From Craspedostauros australis (taxonomy: Eukaryota): DNA of 58,402 nt. Position 1 is the stretch's first letter; every line of letters begins with the position of its first letter. The translations under genes were made by a program, and so were the position numbers. This document shows, piece after piece, positions 11,907-21,788 of this stretch. Location: positions 1 to 58,402 of the forward strand of contig JALAGF010003830.1 of NCBI GenBank assembly GCA_030167865.1, in the 5' to 3' direction. The notes beneath the pieces were generated by a model. It searched no databases and was not told where the DNA came from. It was given only the letters and a program-made list of their open reading frames with translations.

Positions 11907-13730
11907 ATGACCATGATTCGATTCCTGCTGCCGTTCGCGTTGCTGCTATGCCATCCAGCAGATGCGAGGATCTTGGCATTGCAGCACATACATTGCTGCG
12001 CGCGGATACATCATGGATGCCGGTCCATGACAGGCGATGTCGCCAGAACGTGCGCGCCATCGTCTTCACCGCAGTCTCCATCATTCGTTGACCGGTGGCA
12101 ACCCATCCGTCTGCGACGATGCGCGACGACACAGCTGTTCGCGGTCAACTCAGAGCAACTGAAGGACAACAAGAAGGACAAGAACGACAACAAGCAAAAG
12201 AAGAAGAAGACCCATACTAAAGACAAAGAGACTGATGAGACAGCCGCGACGAAGTCATCTGCCAAAAGCGGTGGCAGCGTGGCTGGCAATTTGATGCGCA
12301 CCATGTTTTCGTCGAATGATGGAGCTGACGATGCCTACGACGAGGATGATGACGCCAACGGCAAGGCCTCGAGGAAAGAACGACGGCAGAAGAGGAAGGA
12401 GGAAAAGGAAAAGAAGAAGACCGAGAAGCGGAAGGACAAGGCCAAATTGAAAGCGGCCAGAGCCCAAGATGGCGACAACGGCGCCGATCAAGGTGGAGAC
12501 GGTGCGAATGATGACGCGGTCTACGGGAGCAATCCGGTTTCGATTTTTTGGAGAAAACGGCGGGCCACGAAGAAGCGCAACGAAGAGCAGCGGTTGCTGG
12601 TCAAGCTAGCGCAGGAGTCGCCCATGAGCACCATCGATTCGCAGTACATCCTATCGCAAGCACTGAACACATCCAACATTATGGCGTCGGTCTTCAACCA
12701 GGCCGATCAGGACGTATCCAAAATCAGAAACGAACTCAACAAGCAGAGCGATAAATCGAAATCGGTGAGGGACCAAATTCTACTGGAACAGGTGCGGCAA
12801 CGAAGGACGGGCCAAGGAGCACTTGCATCAGGCGATGCTGCTGACAGCACAAAACGAATTGGAGCACAAAAGCTTGCTGATCAGCGCAATCGCGATCGGT
12901 TCGAAGAGCAAAAGCGGGTTGAGATGGAATATGAGGCCAAGAAGAGGATACGACAAGAGGAAAGGCGGCGCCAGAACAAGACCAGCAGCAGCAGCAGCAG
13001 CAGCGATACCTCAAAGCCGCCGAAATCCAAGACCAAGCGGAGTAACAACAAAGACAGAAATGGTGATGATGACTACGACGACAGTACCAACGACAAATCA
13101 AAACGTGGAAACGTGTTGAGTGCAACACAGAGTTTCGTTTCCAACATCTTCTCATCCTTTCAAGATGACGGCGGCACAGAAGAATGGATCGTCGTATGCC
13201 CCAAGACGCGCATATCACCTGGTGAGATCCTCCCGGTCACAGCAGCTGGATTGGATCTGCTTCTCGTGGCATCCAAGGATGGATCCGCGTTGCATTGCAT
13301 CGCCAATTCCTGTCCTCACCTGGGCACACCGTTGGAGGTGGGGACGTTGGAACGACGCCCAATGGAAAGCGCCTCGCCCACCGGCAACATGCTATCACAA
13401 ACGGGCACTGACGACATCACCAACAGCGACAGCATCGCATCGTCGAAGGATGACATCCAAATGCAAGAAATCAACATCGCCAAGATGCTCTCCAATGATG
13501 GATGCGAGGACTGCATCGTCTGCCCGTTGCATAAAACAGCCTTCGCACTTGAAAGCGGTCAAGTACGAGGAGAATGGTGCCCGTACCCACCCGTGTTGGG
13601 AAAGATCACAGGTGCTGTCAAACCGGAGGCGGCGTTGGCTGTGTTTGATGTCCGGGCGCGTGGAAAGAATATTGAAGTGCGATTGAATTCGCCGGTCGCG
13701 GCGGATGAGAAGAAGAAGAAGAAGCAATAG
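11907..13730 (+). CDS. Rieske [2Fe-2S] domain protein with presequence and long charged N-terminal region, probably plastid-targeted
   Basis: Signal peptide MTMIRFLLPFALLLCHPADA from ATG 11907 (or 11913). Rieske boxes NSCPHLG (about 13305) and IVCPLH (about 13515). GEWCPYPP motif resembles cyanobacterial Rieske ferredoxins. Confidence 0.85.
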   Translation: MTMIRFLLPFALLLCHPADARILALQHIHCCARIHHGCRSMTGDVARTCAPSSSPQSPSFVDRWQPIRLRRCATTQLFAVNSEQLKDNKKDKNDNKQKKKKTHTKDKETDETAATKSSAKSGGSVAGNLMRTMFSSNDGADDAYDEDDDANGKASRKERRQKRKEEKEKKKTEKRKDKAKLKAARAQDGDNGADQGGDGANDDAVYGSNPVSIFWRKRRATKKRNEEQRLLVKLAQESPMSTIDSQYILSQALNTSNIMASVFNQADQDVSKIRNELNKQSDKSKSVRDQILLEQVRQRRTGQGALASGDAADSTKRIGAQKLADQRNRDRFEEQKRVEMEYEAKKRIRQEERRRQNKTSSSSSSSDTSKPPKSKTKRSNNKDRNGDDDYDDSTNDKSKRGNVLSATQSFVSNIFSSFQDDGGTEEWIVVCPKTRISPGEILPVTAAGLDLLLVASKDGSALHCIANSCPHLGTPLEVGTLERRPMESASPTGNMLSQTGTDDITNSDSIASSKDDIQMQEINIAKMLSNDGCEDCIVCPLHKTAFALESGQVRGEWCPYPPVLGKITGAVKPEAALAVFDVRARGKNIEVRLNSPVAADEKKKKKQ

Positions 13731-14800
13731 AAGCGGCGTTGATTTCGAAAAACGACTTCGTTTGAAAGTTGAACTGCCGCATGTTACCTGTTCTTGTACC
13801 CCGAGTCGGTTTGCTCTGCAGGCGATCATTTCCGTACCGACAAGTATTGCGCGAAACCATTTGTCTGCCGGTGTCTCTATTGATCGCATACAATGCTCAG
13901 ACCATCTCGATGGAGGCACTCGGGACGAAGCGGGTTGCCATCAGTTGTGCGTCGACTGTTCTCATCTTTTTGGAGGGGTAGACTGAGAAATGAGGCAATC
14001 ATGCGATGAGTGATGCTGCGCTCGACTCGTTCATCGATCATGTCTTTCCTCCTCTTTGCTTGCAATCACCTCCTGTCTACCAGATGGCAACCTCACTCCA
14101 TGTCTCCTCTCTTCATTGTGCGACCTCAGCGTGTGCTCTGTCCACTCTTCCAGCCACTGTACATTATATACGAGTCGAAAGGCAAACAATCGAACGGTCA
14201 AACCTCGTCTATTGTACGTATTGTATTGGTGCGACAATAGCATGCAGCGGTCACGTATGTACTTGTCTGTGGTGTGGACGGAGATGGCGAAAGAAGAACC
14301 ACAGCAGGACATGGAGGGCTTGTGCTTGGCGCGTTCTGGAGAGGCGACCCAAATCCTTCTGTATTGCGGAGGTAGTTGCAGTTGCTGCCCCTTTCCCATC
14401 GATTATTTCCTCTCCAGACCACCACCCAACCGATTCGAGCCCTCGGATGCATCGAGTATCCGTGGTGCATTTCATTCATTCCATCATGCAATTTTACAAA
14501 CGATCGAGGAGGGCATGACATACGTACTATCTACTCTCCGGAGAGGCAGAGAGACAGACAGAGAGAGTGCCACCATCGATGACATTTGAATGGAGCGACT
14601 CGTCTCGGTGTTGTCCCGACTCGTGTTTGGCGTGTTGGTGATGTTGTACCTCAGTCGTGCACTTCTTGATGTCATCTATCCACGTCTGAATATCAGAAGG
14701 ATCACTGAAGATTCCAAGAGAAACGCAATGACGACAGCCACAACCACAAAAACAAATCAAGAGACCCAGGAGCCACACAAAGCTCAAAACCAGAGACACC

Positions 14801-14833
14801 ACATCACACATCACACATCACACATCACACATT
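14801..14833 (+). repeat. (ACATCAC)n simple tandem repeat upstream of the ASCC2-like gene
   Basis: acatcacacatcacacatcacacatcacacatt, read directly. Confidence 0.8.
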
Positions 14834-15012
14834 GCTTGTCCTGCTCAAGTACTCGTAGATCGAGAACAATTTGATTGTGTCCAACCTCTACGCATTGCGT
14901 TATATTATAGAATATAATACTATACTATACTCTCCAAGACGCAACAGGCATTGTAAAAACACCAACATCCACACTCGCAACAGCAGTACCGTCCATCACC
15001 AAAGATATCGCG

Positions 15013-16896
15013 ATGGGAGCTGATCCAACGGAAGATATGGCGGCATCGGAATCTCAAGCGTCCGCAGCACAGAGCCTGCTCAGCCAGCTGGAATCACCGG
15101 TAGTTGGGGCCCCGCTGCTTCCAACTTCGGCACGGCTGTGGAGAATCGGTGTCATCTTGTATCGACCGTCGCGATCGTCGTCGCAGTCACCGTCGACGCA
15201 TCTCGAAGCATCCTTCCGAGACTTGGTGGATGCACTGCCAGCATCGTATCTTCAGCGATACTTCTCATTCTTTCGACAAGCTCTGGTGAAGCTCAGGGCT
15301 CAGCATGCCTCGGCAGCAGGGCCATCGTCCCAGTCCAAACAGCCTTCTGCGATCGCATCCAGCCTCATCGATGCCACGAGCTCGTTGTACGGACTGCTGT
15401 CAGTCTCGCCCCGGTCCTGCGAATTGGCCTGTTCGGAAGATCTGCTGCGGTGCCTTGCGTCGCTCTACGATCATTCCAGAATAAAGGACCTGCACGAGCG
15501 GTCCAAAAACACCATCTGCGGGTGTCTATCGTTCCTCCTCTTGGATGGCATTCTCTTCGCCACACAATCGAGTCCAACCACAAAGGCGAACGATTCACAT
15601 CCGTTGGAAACCCTGATGGAGCTCATTCGGTGCATCGAAGAAGAGTCGGTGGACTGCCTCGGCGCCGCACAGGAATGGCAGACCCGGTCAGAACCGCTCA
15701 AGCGCACGCTGGAATCGTCGGTGCGGCTGCTGTCGCCCAGCTTCGACGAAGATCAGCTGGAGTACCTGCTGCAGATGCTGCAAAGCGCGCGCGAGAAGGA
15801 CGCCGAGAAGCACCATCACCGCGATGCCGTCAAGGCTGCTCCCGCCCCCACCACAAGCGTGCAGGTATCGGCGGCCGACGAACTGGAACGACGCATCGAA
15901 CAGGTGCAGCAGATTCTGCCGGACTTCGGTGCCGGATTCGTCGAGACGGCGCTGTCGTTGCATCAGGGTGACGTCGAGCGCACGATCACGGTGCTGCTGG
16001 GCGACCGCGCAACCTATCCGGGGACGTTGCAGGTCCTGGATCCCAAGCTGCCGCGTCGTGCGAAGGAGCGCTCCAAGGACGAAGCCAAGGCGAGCGAGGA
16101 GGCCCGGCAGCTGGTCAAGCAGCGCGTCGCGGCGGAAGCAGAGAAGGAGCAGAAACGATACGAGGCCGTCCTGTACGTGCAGCGGCAGCAGAAGAATGAG
16201 TACGACGACGACTACGACGATCAGTACGACGACATGCAAGACGGTGGCCTGGGCAACCTGGACAACGGCTGGATGGATGACGGCAACGACACCAACGCGC
16301 GCAGGCAACCGCGCGGTCGCGGGCAAGGCAAGCGCGGTGGCCAAGCCAACGATGAGTACGAAAAGATCAAGATGTACAACGCCTACGCACGCGAGGAGGA
16401 GGCCGATCAGGCGTTCTGGGAGGAGAACCGCAACCTCAATCGCAAGGGACCGCCCGGAAACATCCAAAAGAGCAAGAAGAAACAGAATGGCGATGATGGC
16501 CAAGATGACGGAGACAGCGGGGAAAGTGGAGGGGAAGGAGAGGAGTCAGGAAAGAAGTACCGCGGACCGGATAAGATCAAGGGAGGCAGGGTTTTGGATG
16601 AAAATGGCCGAGTCGTCCGCACGGGACGACGCAACAAGAAGAAGGCCAATGCTAACAACAACGCAAATGCTGCCAATACTGCAAACAGTGGCGGCGGCGG
16701 CAGCGGCAACAACAAAACGAACGGCAACGCAGGCGACGGCAGAGGAGGAGGAGCCGGAGGCCGAGGTGGTGGCAATGGAGGAGGTCGTGGCCGCGGACGT
16801 GGCGGCAAGCCAAGAACGAAGCCCAAGTCAGGCAACAGGGTCAACCAACGTCGGGACAACAAGCAGAAGAAGCAAGGTGCATTTGGTGTGCCGTAA
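15013..16896 (+). CDS. ASCC2: ASCC2-like CUE-domain ubiquitin-binding protein (activating signal cointegrator 1 complex subunit 2)
   Basis: CUE domain IEQVQQILPDFGAGFVETALSLHQGDVERTITVLL, then the acidic EYDDDYDDQYD motif and an RGG/basic tail ending in a K...NR..RR motif. This order matches ASCC2/Cue3. Confidence 0.75.
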   Translation: MGADPTEDMAASESQASAAQSLLSQLESPVVGAPLLPTSARLWRIGVILYRPSRSSSQSPSTHLEASFRDLVDALPASYLQRYFSFFRQALVKLRAQHASAAGPSSQSKQPSAIASSLIDATSSLYGLLSVSPRSCELACSEDLLRCLASLYDHSRIKDLHERSKNTICGCLSFLLLDGILFATQSSPTTKANDSHPLETLMELIRCIEEESVDCLGAAQEWQTRSEPLKRTLESSVRLLSPSFDEDQLEYLLQMLQSAREKDAEKHHHRDAVKAAPAPTTSVQVSAADELERRIEQVQQILPDFGAGFVETALSLHQGDVERTITVLLGDRATYPGTLQVLDPKLPRRAKERSKDEAKASEEARQLVKQRVAAEAEKEQKRYEAVLYVQRQQKNEYDDDYDDQYDDMQDGGLGNLDNGWMDDGNDTNARRQPRGRGQGKRGGQANDEYEKIKMYNAYAREEEADQAFWEENRNLNRKGPPGNIQKSKKKQNGDDGQDDGDSGESGGEGEESGKKYRGPDKIKGGRVLDENGRVVRTGRRNKKKANANNNANAANTANSGGGGSGNNKTNGNAGDGRGGGAGGRGGGNGGGRGRGRGGKPRTKPKSGNRVNQRRDNKQKKQGAFGVP

Positions 16897-17942
16897 GGTG
16901 GCATCCATGGTGGCCAGAGAGTGTTCTGGAGAATACGGATAGAATACACATGCGTGCAGTAATCGTCCTCGTACGACTGTAAAATGATAGATGCAACGCT
17001 CACCATAACAGATCGACAGCTGCTGCGGCCAAGATTTGACATTGTTGCGACTGACGCGCTCCTGGGTGATGCGAACAGGACGCCAAGATCCCTTCTCTTG
17101 GCGCGGATCCCTTTCTGCCTCTTTCGACACCACCATCGCTCCCTCGGAGTTCCCTTCTTTGGAGCTGGATGTCGTCAAAGAGAGGGCGTTCGTCACTTTG
17201 GTTGGCCGCACCCTCGGAGTTCCGTCACGATGGTTGACATCACGACTCAACAGGCATGGATCATCTCCCACCTGTCCGGAAATTCTTTATCATTCTGAGA
17301 ACACACACGAGTTCAATCTCATTGTTTCCTGCCGCTCTCGAGGAACTGGTTGCAATGAAGCGGTTGTTCATACTTCAGGGTTGAATACGATAGAAAATTT
17401 GTGATTAGGAAATTTGGACACAACGCGGACATCGCATTGGAGGGACTTTTCGTCTGGCGCGCCTTCGCTCACACGATTGTTCGATTCGTGGCGCGTGCAC
17501 CAATTTTGGCACGCGAGGAGATTCGTTAAAAAAGAACAGAAAATTGGTGCGCAGACAGGATCCCACCACTGTGAGTTGTGCACATCTCCATTTTGGCGAC
17601 CAATCACGTGAAACCGAGAAAGAAGACCCATCATTCGACGACGACGCGATTAGTCCGCCGCACAATTTCTCTTGATTCCACACACACACACGCCACCATC
17701 ATTCTAAGTAGGGTACGTACATACTCCTACTATACGTACACTCCACCACGCAATCACCCCAACTCCCCTCACCTGCCCTGCTCGACGCTTTACACTTTCC
17801 CATTCGGCGACGACGAGAACAGCCGGCACGCCAGAGAGTGGGACGACGGATGCTCCAACACAAGTAACACCCACCAACCTGCAACCAACCTGCAACTTGT
17901 CCATCTCTGCCGCAAAGCAGCAGATCAAAATCAAGTCACAAA

Positions 17943-19967
17943 ATGCAAGAGATCAGCATGGAGGACGCAAACGCAGTTCAAGGCACGGTGATGTCACCAA
18001 CCGCAGAAGATGGGAACCAGCTGCCCAGCGTCGAGGATGCCAAGATGCAGCAGAGCGTGGAGGCGGGCGGCGCCAACGTGATCACGGACGCAGACGGCCG
18101 CAGCTCCAACCGCTCCTTCCTCGTCGCCACCATGGCCCTGGTCGTGGTGGTTCTCATCGTGGTCGTGGGCATCCTCGCGGGCACCGGTGGATCCTCCTCC
18201 AGCAGCTCCTCCAGCGACGCGATCATCGACAGCGACGCCGCCATCTTCCTCGAGAAGCATATCTACGAGGGGCGCTCCAACCTGTTCGATGATGCGAAGT
18301 CCGCGCGGCACAAGGCGCTCAAGTGGATGCTCGAGGTGGACGACATGGGCCTCACGGAGCCGGTGCAAGGCAAGGATACCAAGGCCACCGCCGCAGCCTT
18401 CATCCAGCGATACGTCGTCGCGGTCTTCACCTTTTCCCTCGTGCCGCGTGCGACGCGACGTGAGCTCGGCATGCTGGAACCAACCTCCAGCGAATGCGAC
18501 TGGAACGGCCTCTACGAGGACATTTCCATTTCCGATCCAAGCACCAGACTCAACTACGAGAGGGAGCTGGGAATCGGCTGCAACAGCCTCGACGAGATCA
18601 CCAGCTTCCGCATGCCGGGAATGGGCCTTGCGGGAGAGTTCCCCATCATCGAGTTCGAGATGCTCAAGAAGCTCGTCTCGCTCGAGCTGGACGGCAACAA
18701 GATCACGGGCCGATCCGTCATTCCCTCCATCCGAACCCTCAAGCGCCTCTCCATGTCCAACAACGACCTCAGCGGGCCCATCACGAACACCGTCCAGAAG
18801 ATGACCGACCTGGAGGTCCTCAGTCTCTCCAACAACAACATCGACGGAGAGTTCCCTCCAGCGATGAACCTCCTCCAGAAGCTGCAGCTCCTCGCCGTGG
18901 ATGGCAACCAAATCACCGGTGGTTACAAGTACATCGACGACATCCGCTCGTTGCGTGAACTCTACATCGGCAACAACCTCATCGAACAGACCATGAGAGA
19001 GACCTCGTTCAACCATTTCGAAGACCTCGAGGTCTTGTCGATCGGCAACAACAAGTTCAGAGGACCCATGACCCACAGCCCATTCTTCACCATGCCCAAG
19101 CTCCGATACCTCGACGTCTCCAACAACAACATCGGAGGCAGCACGCAGTGGCACCTCATCTTCCCAGAAGATGGCTTCAGCAAGATCGAGTACATCGACA
19201 TCAGCAACAACGATTTCGGGGGTGTCATGCCAACGAAGATCAAGAAGCTTCAGACAAGCCTCAAGCATTTCGATGCTTCTCACAACAAGATGGAGAACAT
19301 CTTCATCATAGAACTTCACGATCTTAAGAAGCTCAGGTACCTCAACTTGAACAACTTCGGCCAGGGCTCCACGCAGGTCATACCGGACTGGATAGGCAAC
19401 TTTCCCCTGCTCGAGTTCTTGAGCTTGGCAAACACGAACCTCGAGGGCCCCATCCCGACGGGTCTCAAAATCCTCGGCAACCTCAAGATGCTGGATCTGG
19501 GCCACAACGAGCTCGAGGGTGGCATCCCTACCGATCTCTCGGAACTTCCAAAGCTGCAGTACCTCCTCCTCAACGACAACAAGCTCGACGACGTCGTCCC
19601 ACCCGCCATCACGGCGATGGACACCCTCGATGTCTTCCTCGTCGACGGCAACAGCGTCAGCGGCGACCTCGGACAGAACGCCAAGGTCGATGGCCAGTGC
19701 CGGATCGGCATCATGTCCGCCGACTGCGCGAAGCCATCCGCGGGTTCACCGCATTCCAGCAAGGAGGTCGACTGCACCTGCTGCACGCTGTGCTGCGAGG
19801 ATCTCATGGACTCGTGCGAAGAGACCAACTGGGACTATCTCATCCAACAGAAGGAGGCGACCTTCCAGGATGTCCGCCAGGAGATGAAGTTCCAGAGCGA
19901 CAGAGGCGTGGAGGGTTACAACTACTTCTCTCCAGACACCAAGTACGTGCTTACCAACACAAGGTAA
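17943..19967 (+). CDS. Type II membrane leucine-rich-repeat protein (diatom LRR-TM family), intronless
   Basis: TM helix FLVATMALVVVVLIVVVGILAG. LRR cap ARHKALKWM...IQRYVVAVF...ECDWNG. Many LxxLxLxxNxLxGxIP repeats. C-terminal ADC...VDCTCCTLCC. Confidence 0.9.
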   Translation: MQEISMEDANAVQGTVMSPTAEDGNQLPSVEDAKMQQSVEAGGANVITDADGRSSNRSFLVATMALVVVVLIVVVGILAGTGGSSSSSSSSDAIIDSDAAIFLEKHIYEGRSNLFDDAKSARHKALKWMLEVDDMGLTEPVQGKDTKATAAAFIQRYVVAVFTFSLVPRATRRELGMLEPTSSECDWNGLYEDISISDPSTRLNYERELGIGCNSLDEITSFRMPGMGLAGEFPIIEFEMLKKLVSLELDGNKITGRSVIPSIRTLKRLSMSNNDLSGPITNTVQKMTDLEVLSLSNNNIDGEFPPAMNLLQKLQLLAVDGNQITGGYKYIDDIRSLRELYIGNNLIEQTMRETSFNHFEDLEVLSIGNNKFRGPMTHSPFFTMPKLRYLDVSNNNIGGSTQWHLIFPEDGFSKIEYIDISNNDFGGVMPTKIKKLQTSLKHFDASHNKMENIFIIELHDLKKLRYLNLNNFGQGSTQVIPDWIGNFPLLEFLSLANTNLEGPIPTGLKILGNLKMLDLGHNELEGGIPTDLSELPKLQYLLLNDNKLDDVVPPAITAMDTLDVFLVDGNSVSGDLGQNAKVDGQCRIGIMSADCAKPSAGSPHSSKEVDCTCCTLCCEDLMDSCEETNWDYLIQQKEATFQDVRQEMKFQSDRGVEGYNYFSPDTKYVLTNTR

Positions 19968-20844
19968 GCATCCAAATTAGCTGCGTGAATAATTGCAACA
20001 GCAGCAGCGGTCACATACCCCCGCAATTCTTGTGCGGAGGTGTGCACCTGTCGCGCAATTGCATCCGTGAGCAGCGGCGGCACATTAGCAATCTACGAGC
20101 AGAGAGATCTCTCGTCACGAGAGAGCATTGTATTTATAACATTAAGAGAAAACCAAACAAAAATCAACAGCCCATGGATCCTGTCAACAACAACGTCTTC
20201 ATGTGCGCTCCGACGTCCTCGGATTTGTCCTCGAAGCCAGTGATTCTTCCGGAGCACTCCAACCCAAGAATGAAGATGGCGATGGTGAAAATCCGACTTC
20301 AACAGTGGTGGTAGTGGCGCCAAAAGTCGACGCTTCATCCATCATGGGAATGGGGTGCTGGAGGGGGGAGGGGGTGTACCATACGACTAGAGATCAACAC
20401 ATAGCGAACCTTCCACAGTGCCATCAACTGCAGCAGCACTCAATCAAAGTTTATTGCGCCCGAAGCAAGCGTATCCGTTGGGATGAATGCCAGCAGAACT
20501 CTGACCGAAAGCAGAGAAACGGATTTGGATATAGCACAATTGTTCAACCAAGATCTACGAGCAAAGTCATGCCCCAGCCCGGTACACCCTCATTCTCCAC
20601 TGGAGAGTGCATACAAGGAGACCAGCTTTGGCTGTCTATCGTCAGATATGTTGGCTATTCTGCGTCAGGGATGGCAGTTACACGAGCAACATCCAGGAGG
20701 TGTTGCCTCGATGTTATTTGTCTGTACCGCGACCATTCGATGCGGATTCGAGGTCTGCAAGGATCGCCAGTTCTCTCAGACTCATGTAACAGATACGGTG
20801 CCTCGTACTCGCCACGCAGCAAATCGCCGGGTTCTACCTGCGCC

Positions 20845-21439
20845 CTATTTGAAGGTTGGATCGTCAATCTTGGCATGCTTGCACCAGTTCTGCGACGGGA
20901 TGTGCTTGTAGGGTGCGATGGGTCGTCGCTCGCGTTCGGCAGAAATCTTGAAAATGCAGGTCATGACAACAGCAATGCCGACTCCGGCAAAGCCTGTGTT
21001 TCTCTGCCAGTTCTTGGGGTTGACCCACCATCCACCGTACGGTGTCCAAACCTGTGCGCGAATTATAGATTGACAAGATACGAGTGTTGCAGAATGCGGG
21101 CGAGGTCAGATTTGGACGGAGGAGAGCAGAATAGTATGGTGCTTGCTGTTGGTGACACAGCAACAGTGTACATGCACGCGAAATAGAACCGCAGCAGCTA
21201 AGGCACAAGAGAGTTAAGTGCCTTGCATACATCACCATGCATTCCACATGGTGTACAAAGCCAGAGCCAAAGCAGATAGCTGCCAAGAAGCACCCTCCCC
21301 AGAATCAACTGTTTCAAGAAGCCCTTTTCTGTCCCAACAACAACAACAACAACAGCACCCAATGGCTTCACCACTGGCGCGCACACTCAGACAAGCATGC
21401 ACACACCTTTGGGACGTAAAACCAGCCTCCGCCTCCCAT
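20845..21439 (-). CDS. Mitochondrial complex I accessory subunit, NUUM/plant KFYI-like, 79 aa; exons 21439-21407, 21051-20845
   Basis: Exon 1 gives MGGGGWFYVPK, then GT at 21406 and acceptor GCACAG at 21052. Exon 2 gives VWTPYGGWWVNPKNWQRNTGFAGVGIAVVMTCIFKISAERERRPIAPYKHIPSQNWCKHAKIDDPTFK*. This fits the KVWS.xGG..xPx.WxxNT...IPSQxWCK family pattern. Confidence 0.88.
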
Positions 21440-21788
21440 CTTGATTCAATTCTGTTGATGTGGGTGGTGATGTGTTGTGATGCGATGTGCTCTGAGAGGT
21501 TGCGCTGCGCTGCCTTGCCTTCATCGTTGAGCACAACATCGAGAAACGTTCGTTGGTTGCTTCATGGTCGTTGTTGCTGTTGGTCTGGTTGGTGGCGGTG
21601 CTGCGTCGATGAAAATAGAAGGCACATGTCGCATAAGACACGTATGCGACATAATTAGAAACTGACTATATGCAACTACAAGATACGAGTGTAGAATCAA
21701 AACTCAAAAGAGTGGATGGCATTGCAATGCAACCAACCTATTCTATCTGCGATCCAAAGCAAGATATTTCAGTGCAATAAATGGTTCT

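Noticed and set aside
14590-14874. 94-aa ORF with hydrophobic N-terminus
   Set aside because: It runs into simple repeats of the ASCC2 upstream region and has no recognisable homology, so it cannot be supported.
17994-19505. 503-aa antisense ORF, and similar long antisense ORFs at 1745-2722, 6183-7220, 15688-16503 and 28519-29409
   Set aside because: Shadow frames caused by GC3 bias of the real genes on the opposite strand.
20203-21186. 327-aa plus-strand ORF
   Set aside because: Non-ATG start, no motifs and atypical composition. It overlaps the conserved minus-strand complex I subunit exon.
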